Origin: Candidatus Woesearchaeota archaeon
GTDB taxonomy: Archaea > Nanobdellota > Nanobdellia > Woesearchaeales > GCA-2687795
Assembly (NCBI GenBank): GCA_030753365.1
Contig: JASMCJ010000050.1
Location: forward strand, 1-37,616
Length of the DNA stretch: 37,616 bases
Direction of reading: 5' to 3'
Shown here: one piece after another, positions 28,143-37,220 of the stretch
Layout of the letters: each line of letters begins with the position of its first letter
How positions within the stretch are numbered: position 1 is the stretch's first letter
The notes under the pieces: model-generated
What the model was told of the DNA's origin: nothing
The model's input: the letters and a program-made list of their open reading frames with translations, nothing else
Databases searched by the model: none
Position numbers and translations under genes: made by a program

Positions 28143-30194
28143 TTATTTATCAACAAGCTCAGCCTTTTTTATAGCAAGCCTTGCAGTGTTTTCATCTTCT
28201 TTAACAACTTCTGAGCTAATAATTTTTATTTTCTTACTAAATAAAGGACAATCAAGAACAAGACTCTCAAACTCACCACCTTCTCCTGCAACATTAAGCC
28301 TTATTTTCTTATTCAGTTCTATTAGTTTGTTTAAATCTTTTTCTGTAATTTTCTTTCTTAACCAGTTTTCATCAAGCCCTTCAGCAGCAATACTACTGAA
28401 CACGATTTCAAATTTTTTTTCTAAAATCTCTTTCATTTCTGTTTCCTGATTAAGATGCCATAAGGGAGAGAATATCTTTAAACTTAACTTGTCTGCTACT
28501 CTTTCTATTCTTTCCCTTTGATAGTTTGAGAATAATGCGCCTGTTATAACCCCTTCAACATTATATTCTTTTTTTGCTTTCTTTAGCGCTTTTTCAAAGT
28601 CTTTTAGCTCCAGTTCTTTCTTTCCTTCTGTAGCTTGTTCAATTAGTGGGATATCCATTGCTTTTGATTGTAGTTTTACTATGTCAATATTAGGAGTATG
28701 GAACATATAAGAATCAGGGTTTTTACTTTTTATTGAAACTAAGCAACTTATGTCATAGTTCTGTCTCTTCATGACATAGGTTGCATAAATACTATCTTTC
28801 CCTCCTGAAACCAAAGCAGCTAGTCTTAAGTTATGTTCAGGATAGAATCTTCTTAGATATTCTGATTTATACTTTAATCCTGCTTTCTTTGTTAGTTTTG
28901 AAATGCCCCTGTCGAATTTGCTACCATATTGAGCAGCAATCTTTTTTCTCCATGCAAATTCTTTTTTTATTTTGAGTTTTTCAGCTAGCTCTCTTAGGAT
29001 TACTTTTTTATGAGAATCATTTATCTTATAAGACGCCGGGATTCTAAGTGAATATTCTATGAGTGATTTATCTAAGAATGGCACTCTAAGTTCAAGGTTG
29101 TTATGCATCGTGATCACATCATCCCTGTATGTGTCTCTTTCATACATTTTTAATAGGCCTGATACACATTCCTTGTTTATGTCAAGGGAATTCTTATGCC
29201 GTTCATAACCAGCAAAGATTTCCTCGCTTCCTAAGCCAGAGAAGATCACTTTACAGCCACCTTTCTTTGCTTGTTTACAGGCTGCATAGAATGTCAATGC
29301 AACGCCTGCTTTAACAACATTCGAATCTTCTATTAAAGGGATAATTGTTTTGAGATGTTTTTCTATGTCTTTAAGCTTAATTCTTATTATCTTAAGGTCT
29401 AAGCCTAGTTCCTTAGCTACTTTCTTTGATGATTGTAAATCTTTAGGTTCTTCCATGTTTGGATCATCTAAAGCTGCGGTATAACATGTGAATCTATGGC
29501 CTAGTTTCTTTAGTATGAATGCTATCAGTGTGCTGTCAATGCCGCCTGAGAATAAAAGACCGAATTTTCTTTTAGGAATCCTTTTCCTTATTGAGTCTGT
29601 TAATAATTTGTTTAATTGTTCTATTATCTTATCTTTATTATCTTTTATTTCATGTGTTATATCGAAGAAAGGCCTTTCAATGAATTCTATCTTGTTTTCT
29701 TTGATATTATAGATTAATATTTTTCTTGGATTTAATTCATTAATATCAAGGAAGCCAAGTTTCTCTAATACTTTCTTTTCTGATGCAAATGAAAAGCCAT
29801 TGTTATGAGAATACCATACTGGCTTTATCCCTATAATATCTCTGGCCAGATAAAGTTTGTTACCTTTTTTATATGCAAATGAGTATACGCCGTCAAGATC
29901 GTCTAATGCTTTGATTCCTTTCTCTTCTAATATCTTAAATAATAGTTCAGAATCGTTCTTTGCTTTGTATTTATTTAATGTTTCCCAGTTATAGATTTCA
30001 CAGTTAGAGACAAACTTTCCTTGTATTGGCTGTTTTACAGAACCAACAACTGAATGTAGAGTATGGCCTAAGGTAAACTTGTCTTCATTATGAAGATTGG
30101 TTCCATCCTTGCCTCGTTCCTTTAGGATTGTTAATCCTTTTTTTACTAATCCCAATGAATCCTCATTGTTGAAGATTCCTATTATGCCGCACAT
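28143..30194 (-). CDS. Asparagine synthetase B-like / diphthine--ammonia ligase (Dph6) fusion
   Basis: N-terminal MCGI (Ntn Cys), NCEIYN, RDIIGIKP, LFSGGIDS, LRVPFLD; C-terminal VSGGKDS, SYMFH, SPLW, GEGGEFES. Confidence 0.9.
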   Translation of the reverse strand: MCGIIGIFNNEDSLGLVKKGLTILKERGKDGTNLHNEDKFTLGHTLHSVVGSVKQPIQGKFVSNCEIYNWETLNKYKAKNDSELLFKILEEKGIKALDDLDGVYSFAYKKGNKLYLARDIIGIKPVWYSHNNGFSFASEKKVLEKLGFLDINELNPRKILIYNIKENKIEFIERPFFDITHEIKDNKDKIIEQLNKLLTDSIRKRIPKRKFGLLFSGGIDSTLIAFILKKLGHRFTCYTAALDDPNMEEPKDLQSSKKVAKELGLDLKIIRIKLKDIEKHLKTIIPLIEDSNVVKAGVALTFYAACKQAKKGGCKVIFSGLGSEEIFAGYERHKNSLDINKECVSGLLKMYERDTYRDDVITMHNNLELRVPFLDKSLIEYSLRIPASYKINDSHKKVILRELAEKLKIKKEFAWRKKIAAQYGSKFDRGISKLTKKAGLKYKSEYLRRFYPEHNLRLAALVSGGKDSIYATYVMKRQNYDISCLVSIKSKNPDSYMFHTPNIDIVKLQSKAMDIPLIEQATEGKKELELKDFEKALKKAKKEYNVEGVITGALFSNYQRERIERVADKLSLKIFSPLWHLNQETEMKEILEKKFEIVFSSIAAEGLDENWLRKKITEKDLNKLIELNKKIRLNVAGEGGEFESLVLDCPLFSKKIKIISSEVVKEDENTARLAIKKAELVDK

Positions 30195-30313
30195 CTTGTA
30201 TAAGAAAGTATACTGTTTTAAAAACTTATTTCTTTCTCTCTATGAATATTAAGGATATAAAATCTCTCTCTAATTACCATAACTTTATAAATCAACATTA
30301 ATTTATTCAGCAT

Positions 30314-30820
30314 ATGATTTATCAAATATTAGTGTTAATACTTTTAACATTTGTACCCTTTATTGAGTTAAGGTTTAGCATACCTTTAGGTATCCTTAGC
30401 TCTAGAGTAGAACTACCTTTTGGCATAGTGTTCAACGGTTTTGGCATGAACTGGCTTTTGGTTTATGTTGTGTGTGTTGCAACTAATGCTTTGCTTGGAA
30501 TAATGATTTACTTCCTGTTGGACAAGTTTGTACATATTTTCACAAGAATAGGTTTTATAGGAAACTTGTATAACAAAATAATTGTTAAAACTCAGAACAA
30601 GATCCATCCTTATGTTGAAAAGTATGGTTTGATAGGTTTAGCATTGTTTATTGGTATGCCAATCCCAGGTTCCGGCTCTTATTCAGGTGCTTTAGGAGCC
30701 TATCTTTTAGGTGTTGGCTATAAGAAGTTTGCTTGGGTTAATTTTATTGGTGTTGTTATTGCAGGCACTTTGGTTACTATTATTACGCTTGCAGGTAAAG
30801 GCATTTTCGCTTTGTTTTGA
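30314..30820 (+). CDS. Small multidrug export-like membrane protein (COG2426)
   Basis: PFIELRFSIPLG and LFIGMPIPGSGSYSG motifs; about four TM segments. Confidence 0.85.
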   Translation: MIYQILVLILLTFVPFIELRFSIPLGILSSRVELPFGIVFNGFGMNWLLVYVVCVATNALLGIMIYFLLDKFVHIFTRIGFIGNLYNKIIVKTQNKIHPYVEKYGLIGLALFIGMPIPGSGSYSGALGAYLLGVGYKKFAWVNFIGVVIAGTLVTIITLAGKGIFALF

Positions 30821-30830
30821 GAGTTAGTTT

Positions 30831-31160
30831 CTAAATTCCAACTTTAATTACTTTCCTTTCAGCTCGTTTCTTTAAATCTTCTAACATTAAAGCATCATCT
30901 ATCTCAATGAGTTTTTTTATTTTAATGTTATCTTTGTTTAATTTGTATAATTTTGCTTTCCCAATTATTCTTGTAGGTAGTATAATATTGTTTTTTATCA
31001 AATTATCCCATATCCTATACAAAGTTGACCTTCCAATTCCAGCGTTCTTTGCCATGTCCGTTATTGAGAAATCTAAATCTCTCTCTGTCAATAGATAGTC
31101 TAGTACTCTGATTGTAGGAGAATCTCCCATAAATTCTATGAATAACGATTGTTCTTCCAT
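30831..31160 (-). CDS. Winged-helix DNA-binding protein
   Basis: IRVLDYL...FSITDMAKNAGIGRSTLYRIWDNL...TRIIGKAKLYKLN. Confidence 0.85.
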   Translation of the reverse strand: MEEQSLFIEFMGDSPTIRVLDYLLTERDLDFSITDMAKNAGIGRSTLYRIWDNLIKNNIILPTRIIGKAKLYKLNKDNIKIKKLIEIDDALMLEDLKKRAERKVIKVGI

Positions 31161-31201
31161 TTTATGTTAGGGTATATTAGCTCATATTTAAAACTTCCTA
31201 T

Positions 31202-31223
31202 TCTGATACAATATTGTACCAGA
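31202..31223. promoter_or_regulatory. 22-bp near-perfect palindrome, candidate operator between divergent promoters
   Basis: TCTGATACAAT|ATTGTACCAGA (one mismatch), lying between two oppositely oriented TATA boxes. Confidence 0.6.
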
Positions 31224-31267
31224 TAAGGTGCGATAGTTTATATACACTTACTGTTAACCTTGGTGCA

Positions 31268-31537
31268 ATGGAATTTACTAAAGATGAAGTTAAGAAAAGA
31301 ATAATAATAAAATTAGTTAAATGGAGAAAATGGGGCGGTTCACATACTGAAAATATTCTTAAAGGCTTACCAACACATTTAATTGGCGCGAAAATTACAA
31401 AACAGGCATTGAAGGAATTGATTCAAGACCAATGGTTAATTCCTTCAATAAAAACAGGAGAAACTCATTACTCGCTTAATTCTGAGAAGACAGATGAAAT
31501 TCTACAGTTCTATGAAAAATATTGTAAAGAAGAATGA
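31268..31537 (+). CDS. Small hypothetical protein, possibly winged-helix-like
   Basis: ATG 31268 after GGTG and a TTTATATA box; KWGGSHTENILKGLP...ALKELIQDQWLI...HYSLN. Confidence 0.7.
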   Translation: MEFTKDEVKKRIIIKLVKWRKWGGSHTENILKGLPTHLIGAKITKQALKELIQDQWLIPSIKTGETHYSLNSEKTDEILQFYEKYCKEE

Positions 31538-32589
31538 ATCAAAATTTAATCAACCAAATAATCAACGAGTTTAAGTCAAAAGAAAATTATATAGGAGAAG
31601 ACTTGCCTAAATTCAGTGATAAGAACTATCAACCTATTAAAATAAGCAAAGATAATTTTCATTCTATTAAAGAAATCACTTCTAACAGAAACATAGCTTT
31701 CATTGATGGCGGCAATGCAGAATTGCTAAGAGCTTCAAACTTTTCATTGCATTTCATAAGGCTTTATGCTGTTATCTATAAAGACAATAAAAGAGTTAAA
31801 GCAGAGAAAAAAGAGTTTTATTGCTTGGTTAACAGCTTTGAAGATAAAGATGAGATTCATTACAAAGCTAAATTATTTAACAAGCCAGATTTCATTGATG
31901 AGAACGATTTAATTTTTAGTTCATTTGATAAGACTATTGTGAACGGCATTAACAGAGCAGAGGTTTCTAAGATTGGTTCTGTTGTAAGAAGATTTTCAGA
32001 GTTAGGATTTGCTAAAGAGATTATCATTAATTTGAATAAAGATGATGTTATTGTTTTGGATGGAAACTTACAATCAACTGTTACAAACGAGAACAAATAT
32101 CTTAACAATCTTTATGTTAAAGCTGAAGAGAAGAATGTTATTGTTTCAGCGTTCTGCAAGACTTCAACATTATTAACAGAAAAAGGTATGCCTATTCCTC
32201 CACTGTTGTCAAGGCTTAGCAACATTGATGAATCATGGTATTATCATCCTTTGGTTAATATCAATAGTTCTAATCATAAAGCAGAGATGTATTTTACAAA
32301 GCTAAACAAGAGCAGCAGTTATGTGTTTAGGTATGAACTGTATAAGAACAATGAGTATGATATTAACGAAATCCTTTCATTGTTAAAAGAGAACAGCAAA
32401 GATCCAATGTTCAGAGGCTATCCTTATGGGCTTATAGAAGCTGACAGATTTGCAAGGGTTAGCAATAATGAGAAAGAACAGTTAAAGCTAAGACTTATGA
32501 TTAGCCTTGGAAAAGAAAATAAGGAATTAATGAGTTATCTTAATACTACTAATGCGCATGATGTATTGGATGGTATGTGGAAGGGATAA
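31534..32589 (+). CDS. nurA: NurA-family nuclease
   Basis: AFIDGG, VRRFSE, VLDG, CKTS, GYPYGLIEADRFARVS. Confidence 0.75.
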   Translation: MNQNLINQIINEFKSKENYIGEDLPKFSDKNYQPIKISKDNFHSIKEITSNRNIAFIDGGNAELLRASNFSLHFIRLYAVIYKDNKRVKAEKKEFYCLVNSFEDKDEIHYKAKLFNKPDFIDENDLIFSSFDKTIVNGINRAEVSKIGSVVRRFSELGFAKEIIINLNKDDVIVLDGNLQSTVTNENKYLNNLYVKAEEKNVIVSAFCKTSTLLTEKGMPIPPLLSRLSNIDESWYYHPLVNINSSNHKAEMYFTKLNKSSSYVFRYELYKNNEYDINEILSLLKENSKDPMFRGYPYGLIEADRFARVSNNEKEQLKLRLMISLGKENKELMSYLNTTNAHDVLDGMWKG

Positions 32590-32595
32590 TTAGAC

Positions 32596-33366
32596 TTATT
32601 TATTCAAAATAATAACATTCCCTCTTCCTTTCTTAATCCTTTTAACCAAACCTTTGTGTTCTAATTCTGTTATAACCAAGCTGATTTTTGCTTCTGATAA
32701 AGGAAACTGCTTCCTTATATCCTTCTGTGTTGTTCTACCATCATTCTCTTTTATGAAGTTTAATACTTTGTCTGCAAGGTCTTCAACTAATTCTTCTGTT
32801 GAAGCTTCTTTTTTAGCTTTAGGCTCTTCTTTTAGCTTTTCTTTTTCAACACTAACCTCTTCCTTCATTTCTCCTAACTCTTTACTCTCAAGTTCTTTTC
32901 TCCTATGCTTCCTTCTTCTAAAAACAATATAATACACAATAAAAGCTGCAACCACTAACACAACAACATAAAGCCAAATCAAACTTTTCTTTTCTGTTGG
33001 ATAGAGCTCTGGAATATCAATATCTTCATCCAACAAGCTTTCTTCCTCGCTTATGTCAGGGAACAATATGATATCAACAATATATTCTCCTTCACTTTCA
33101 ATCTTAATTTCTTCTATAGAAGTATATTTTCTGAAGTCTGATTCATATACTGCTTCAATACTATAATCTCCGTTAGGAATGTTAAAAGAATAAGAACCAT
33201 CCTTTGCAACATAGGTTTGCTCAGGAATTGTGTTCACTTTTACAATAGCATTCTCTGCTTTATTTAGCTCCATGTCATACACTGTGCCATGGATAGTGGC
33301 AGCTAAGCTATAAGGAACTGCTAATAATAGGAATATTAAGCAGATTAAAGGGAATTTGTCTGTCAT
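32596..33366 (-). CDS. Membrane-anchored protein: signal peptide, beta-sandwich ectodomain, TM helix, cytoplasmic winged HTH (COG2512-like)
   Basis: ATIHGTVY...DGSYSFNIPNGDY; TM LIWLYVVVLVVAAFIVYYIVF-RRRK; GRTTQKDIRKQFPLSEAKISLVITELEHKGLVKRIKKGRGN. Confidence 0.85.
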   Translation of the reverse strand: MTDKFPLICLIFLLLAVPYSLAATIHGTVYDMELNKAENAIVKVNTIPEQTYVAKDGSYSFNIPNGDYSIEAVYESDFRKYTSIEEIKIESEGEYIVDIILFPDISEEESLLDEDIDIPELYPTEKKSLIWLYVVVLVVAAFIVYYIVFRRRKHRRKELESKELGEMKEEVSVEKEKLKEEPKAKKEASTEELVEDLADKVLNFIKENDGRTTQKDIRKQFPLSEAKISLVITELEHKGLVKRIKKGRGNVIILNK

Positions 33367-33569
33367 ATTGATTGTTATTAAAATAGGAGTATATAAAAAT
33401 TGCTAATTTTGAGGGTATAAAGTTTCATAAAGTATTCTAACCCAAATAAAGTTTTAAGACTTTAAGCTTTAGAAAGTATGTTTATAAACAAAATGCTTAT
33501 TCTAGGAGTATGTCAATTCAAAATATGTTGGCAAACATAATTAAAAGTCAAAATTTGGAGGATTAAAAA

Positions 33570-35387
33570 ATGAAAAAATTAATAGCAATATTGGTGATGT
33601 TTTTATTTGTGATGACAGGATTTGCACAGGGTGAGGCAGATCTGAGTACAAACTTAGGATCCAGTTTGGATTCATCTACAGGAGATGATACAGATAGCGA
33701 TGATTCTGATAGTAATGATAGGGGAGACATTGTATGTACAGCGCAGTATGATCCTGTTTGTGGTGCAGATGGAAAGACTTACTCTAACAGATGCATGGCA
33801 AATGCTGCTAGTGCTGAAATAAAATGCAGTTCAAAATGTCCTTGTGAAGATACTTCAGAAGATATCAGTGTAACTGACTTGTATACTGCTGCATCTGACA
33901 TATTTCCTAAAGATATTAGTGAGAGTGATAAGGTTTCTATTAATAAAAGGTGCATTAGTTGGTTAAAAGAAAAATATCCCAGAGCACGTGAAGCAAGAAT
34001 TGTCACTGCATGCGTAAAAATAATTACAAGGGGAGCTGTCCGAAGAGTTGAGACAACTGAAACAAAGACGGTAAGAACTGTGAAATCTGGGGATATAACT
34101 TCTGATCAGGCTGTTGCAAGGTTCAAGAACATCAACGAAGATCAAAGAACAAAACTTACGAAGTTTAAGGAAAACAGGCAAGAAAAGATTTCTAAGCTTA
34201 AAGATGCTCAAATTACAAAACTGGCTAATGTAAAGTCTGAAAGACTAAGAAAGATGACTAATCTTGATGAAGCTAAGCTTTCAAAGATAGCAGGTCTTGA
34301 TGAAAGACAATTAACTAAATTATCTGTTATGAACAGAGAAAAGGTCAAAGAGTTTGCTAAGCTTGATGAATCTCAAATCAAGGCAAAACTTACAAAATTA
34401 AAAGTAAAGAAAGTAAAGAAAGTTGACTTGTTCAGAAAAAGGGTTGTAGCTGAAACTAAGTTGAAGGCTGCTAATCAAAGGTATAATTCTGCTAAAGAAA
34501 AGTTCATCAATGCTGAAAAAGTTTACAAAGAAAGAAGAAAGAATTTCTTGGATGTTAAAGAGAAACTAAAGGCATGTAAAAGCATTGATAGTGAGGAATG
34601 CACCCAACTGAACGCAGATGCATTAGCTCATGCTAAAGAGCTTTCAATAAAAGCTGCTGAAATGGCTATAGAACATCTTAACAAAATCAAAGAAAGCATT
34701 GAAGCTAATGATGACCTTGAGAAAGAGGATGCTTCTAATATGATTGCAAGCATTGATAATGCAATTTCCGAACTGGAAGCTGCTAAAGCTAATGTTGAAG
34801 CCGCAGAAACAAAGGAAGAGGTTAAGAAAGCTGCTGCTGCTATTAACAAAGCCTGGAGAAAACATTCTGCTAAAGCAAAGAGGTATGCTGCAAGGGTTGT
34901 TCATGCAAAGGTTGGAGAGATTATAACAAGGAGCGAGCAACTTGAGAGAAAGCTTGACAGAATCCTTACAAAGATGGAAAAGGATGGCATTGAAGTTGAA
35001 GGTATCGATGTAAAAGTAGATGCTTTCAGCGCTAAAGTAGAAGAGGCTAAAGAGTTGTATAAACAAAGCAGAGAAAAGTTCATTGAAGCTAAGACTAGTG
35101 AAAGTGAAGCAACTGTTCAGGAAGCCAGAAGATTAGCTAATGCTGCACACAAATCCTTGGTTGAAGCCCATAAGATATTAATGGATATCTTCAAGAGCAT
35201 TAAACAGGCTGGCGGCAGTGTTGATGTTGAAGAAGAAGAAGATGAAGTAGAAGTTATAGAAGAACAGGAGGAAGTAGAAGAGGAAGAAGAGTTGATTGAG
35301 GAAGAACCAGAGGAAGTTGATGATGAAGATACAGATGATGTTGATGAAGAGGAAGAAGAAACAGATGAAGATGACACTGAAGAATAA
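33570..35387 (+). CDS. Secreted Kazal-domain / coiled-coil protein with acidic tail
   Basis: GGAGG SD; signal peptide; CTAQYDPVCGADGKTYSNRC Kazal motif; 11-aa repeats; helical K/E/A region; D/E tail. Confidence 0.88.
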   Translation: MKKLIAILVMFLFVMTGFAQGEADLSTNLGSSLDSSTGDDTDSDDSDSNDRGDIVCTAQYDPVCGADGKTYSNRCMANAASAEIKCSSKCPCEDTSEDISVTDLYTAASDIFPKDISESDKVSINKRCISWLKEKYPRAREARIVTACVKIITRGAVRRVETTETKTVRTVKSGDITSDQAVARFKNINEDQRTKLTKFKENRQEKISKLKDAQITKLANVKSERLRKMTNLDEAKLSKIAGLDERQLTKLSVMNREKVKEFAKLDESQIKAKLTKLKVKKVKKVDLFRKRVVAETKLKAANQRYNSAKEKFINAEKVYKERRKNFLDVKEKLKACKSIDSEECTQLNADALAHAKELSIKAAEMAIEHLNKIKESIEANDDLEKEDASNMIASIDNAISELEAAKANVEAAETKEEVKKAAAAINKAWRKHSAKAKRYAARVVHAKVGEIITRSEQLERKLDRILTKMEKDGIEVEGIDVKVDAFSAKVEEAKELYKQSREKFIEAKTSESEATVQEARRLANAAHKSLVEAHKILMDIFKSIKQAGGSVDVEEEEDEVEVIEEQEEVEEEEELIEEEPEEVDDEDTDDVDEEEEETDEDDTEE

Positions 35388-35786
35388 AGCACAGATTCCT
35401 CAAATGATGATATATTTTGTGCAACACTATTCGATCCTGTTTGCGGTTCAGATGGGAACACTTACTCAAACAGCTGCTTTGCAGGAAAGGAAGGAGTTAG
35501 TGTAGAATGCGAGAGTGAATGTCCTTGCGAGGAAGAACCTAAAAATAAAGCTCCTGTTTGTAAAGTTTCTTCACTAACGTCAGGTGCAACACTAACAGGA
35601 TGGTATGACGCAGTAACTGATGAATTAATCAAAGAAGCTGACTGCACAGGAAAAGTGGCTGTTTGCAGCGCATCTGGTACAAGGTCTGAAGGATGGTATG
35701 AATCTTCTTCAGTCTCGTCAGTAAGAGGAGTATTGATAAAATATGAGAATTGTGCCAGTGATGACTCTACAGATTCAACACAATAA
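35388..35786 (+). other. In-frame 132-codon continuation of the Kazal protein behind TAA 35385-35387 (second Kazal domain plus two GWY Cys repeats)
   Basis: STDSSNDDIFCATLFDPVCGSDGNTYSNSCFAG...CESECPC...TGWY...GTRSEGWY...ENCASDDSTDSTQ*; no ATG in this frame. Confidence 0.85.
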
Positions 35787-35859
35787 AGCCTTTTTGGTTT
35801 TATTTTTCTTTAAACTAAAACAAAGGTTTATATAGATCAAAACAAAAGAGAAACTAAGA

Positions 35860-36120
35860 ATGACAAAACAATTAATTAAACTATTCGTAATCCTGATGTT
35901 AGCATTATATATTGGAGGTTGCGCATCAAAGACAGAAAAGATTACACCAGAAGCTACACAGCCAACAGAAACGCCTCAGCAGGATACTACAACACCTACA
36001 GAAGAATCACCTGCTGATCTTCCTGCAGAAGATATCACAGAGATTGACACCATTGATAATGAGCTTGATGATTCTGAAGTTGACAGTATAACAGGAGAGC
36101 TTGATGACTTGGATTGGTAA
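35860..36120 (+). CDS. Small acidic lipoprotein
   Basis: MTKQLIKLFVILMLALYIGG-C lipobox; T/P/E linker; D-rich C-terminus. Confidence 0.8.
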   Translation: MTKQLIKLFVILMLALYIGGCASKTEKITPEATQPTETPQQDTTTPTEESPADLPAEDITEIDTIDNELDDSEVDSITGELDDLDW

Positions 36121-36153
36121 ATCTTTTATATTCTAACATTCTTATAGCTTAAT

Positions 36154-36684
36154 ATGAGGCTCTTTATAGCAGTAACATTGCCTGATGACATAAAGGAATA
36201 CATAAAAGATATACAGAAGCAGATTCCATTGGATAATAATAAGATTAAGCTTATTCCTGCTGAGCAGCTTCATCTTACGCTAAAATTCTTAGGAGAGGTT
36301 TCTGAGGAGAAAGTTGACAAGATTAAATCTTCTTTAAGCATTGTAAAAGTTAAACACTTTAAGGCTGCGCTTGATGGAACAGGAGCTTTCCCTTCAGAGA
36401 ATTATATAAGAGTTGTCTGGGTTGGCTTAAAGCCAAAGAATGGGTTTATTGAGCTGCAGCAGAATATTGATAAATCTTTATTGGAATTGTTTAGGCCTGA
36501 TAAGAGATTCCATCCACATGTTACTATTGCAAGAGTTAGGTTTGTTGAGGATAAAAAGAACTTTTTTGAGAAAGTAAAGAAGATTAAGGTTGAAGAGAAA
36601 GAGTTTACAGTTAAGAGCTTTAAGCTGGTTAAGAGCACTTTGACAGGTGAAGGACCGGTTTATGAAGAGATAGGAAGCTTTTAA
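36154..36684 (+). CDS. thpR: RNA 2',3'-cyclic phosphodiesterase (2H family)
   Basis: MRLFIA, HLTLKFLGE, FHPHVTIAR, STLTGEGPVY. Confidence 0.95.
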   Translation: MRLFIAVTLPDDIKEYIKDIQKQIPLDNNKIKLIPAEQLHLTLKFLGEVSEEKVDKIKSSLSIVKVKHFKAALDGTGAFPSENYIRVVWVGLKPKNGFIELQQNIDKSLLELFRPDKRFHPHVTIARVRFVEDKKNFFEKVKKIKVEEKEFTVKSFKLVKSTLTGEGPVYEEIGSF

Positions 36685-37136
36685 TAGAGAGATTCCTTTT
36701 TTCTGCTATTAAATATTATCCCTTCTGCTTCAATATAACCATCAATACTTGAATATCTCTCTAAACTAGTAATACATGCTTTTACAAGATTAGTATAAGA
36801 GATTTTACCTTCATGAGTTAGAATAAATGTTAAATAATAATCGGAATTCTTAACTAATGTAGATACTCCCGGTAAAATATATGGCTTAATCTCTCCTTCT
36901 GATTTAAAATAAATTATTTCAAACGGAAAACTTTCAGCAGCAATTAGCTCAAAACGATTGTTCCTAATGAATAATGGTATCTCTCTATGTTCTTTATTTA
37001 TAATACTTCCTTCAGACTTTTCAATAGAATATTTTGAAGATATTTCATATTCAGCTGTGCCATAAGGTACCACAATTTCAGGAATTGCAAACAATGAATA
37101 CAGCCAAAAAGCCATTGATATTAATTTTTTTTCCAT
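36681..37136 (-). CDS. Hypothetical protein
   Basis: 151-aa ORF with hydrophobic N-terminus and upstream TTTATAAA-like box; no motif recognised. Confidence 0.6.
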   Translation of the reverse strand: MEKKLISMAFWLYSLFAIPEIVVPYGTAEYEISSKYSIEKSEGSIINKEHREIPLFIRNNRFELIAAESFPFEIIYFKSEGEIKPYILPGVSTLVKNSDYYLTFILTHEGKISYTNLVKACITSLERYSSIDGYIEAEGIIFNSRKKESLY

Positions 37137-37220
37137 ATATTTTAAAATTCTAAGTTGATTTATAATAATTTCCCATAAATCTTCGAAATTTATATATACA
37201 TATTAATTTTATGCACATTA

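Noticed and set aside
35117-35647. Ser-rich antisense and alternative-frame ORFs around the Kazal gene end
   Set aside because: They are by-products of the GAA/GAT-rich acidic tract, and the Kazal-coding frame explains the region.
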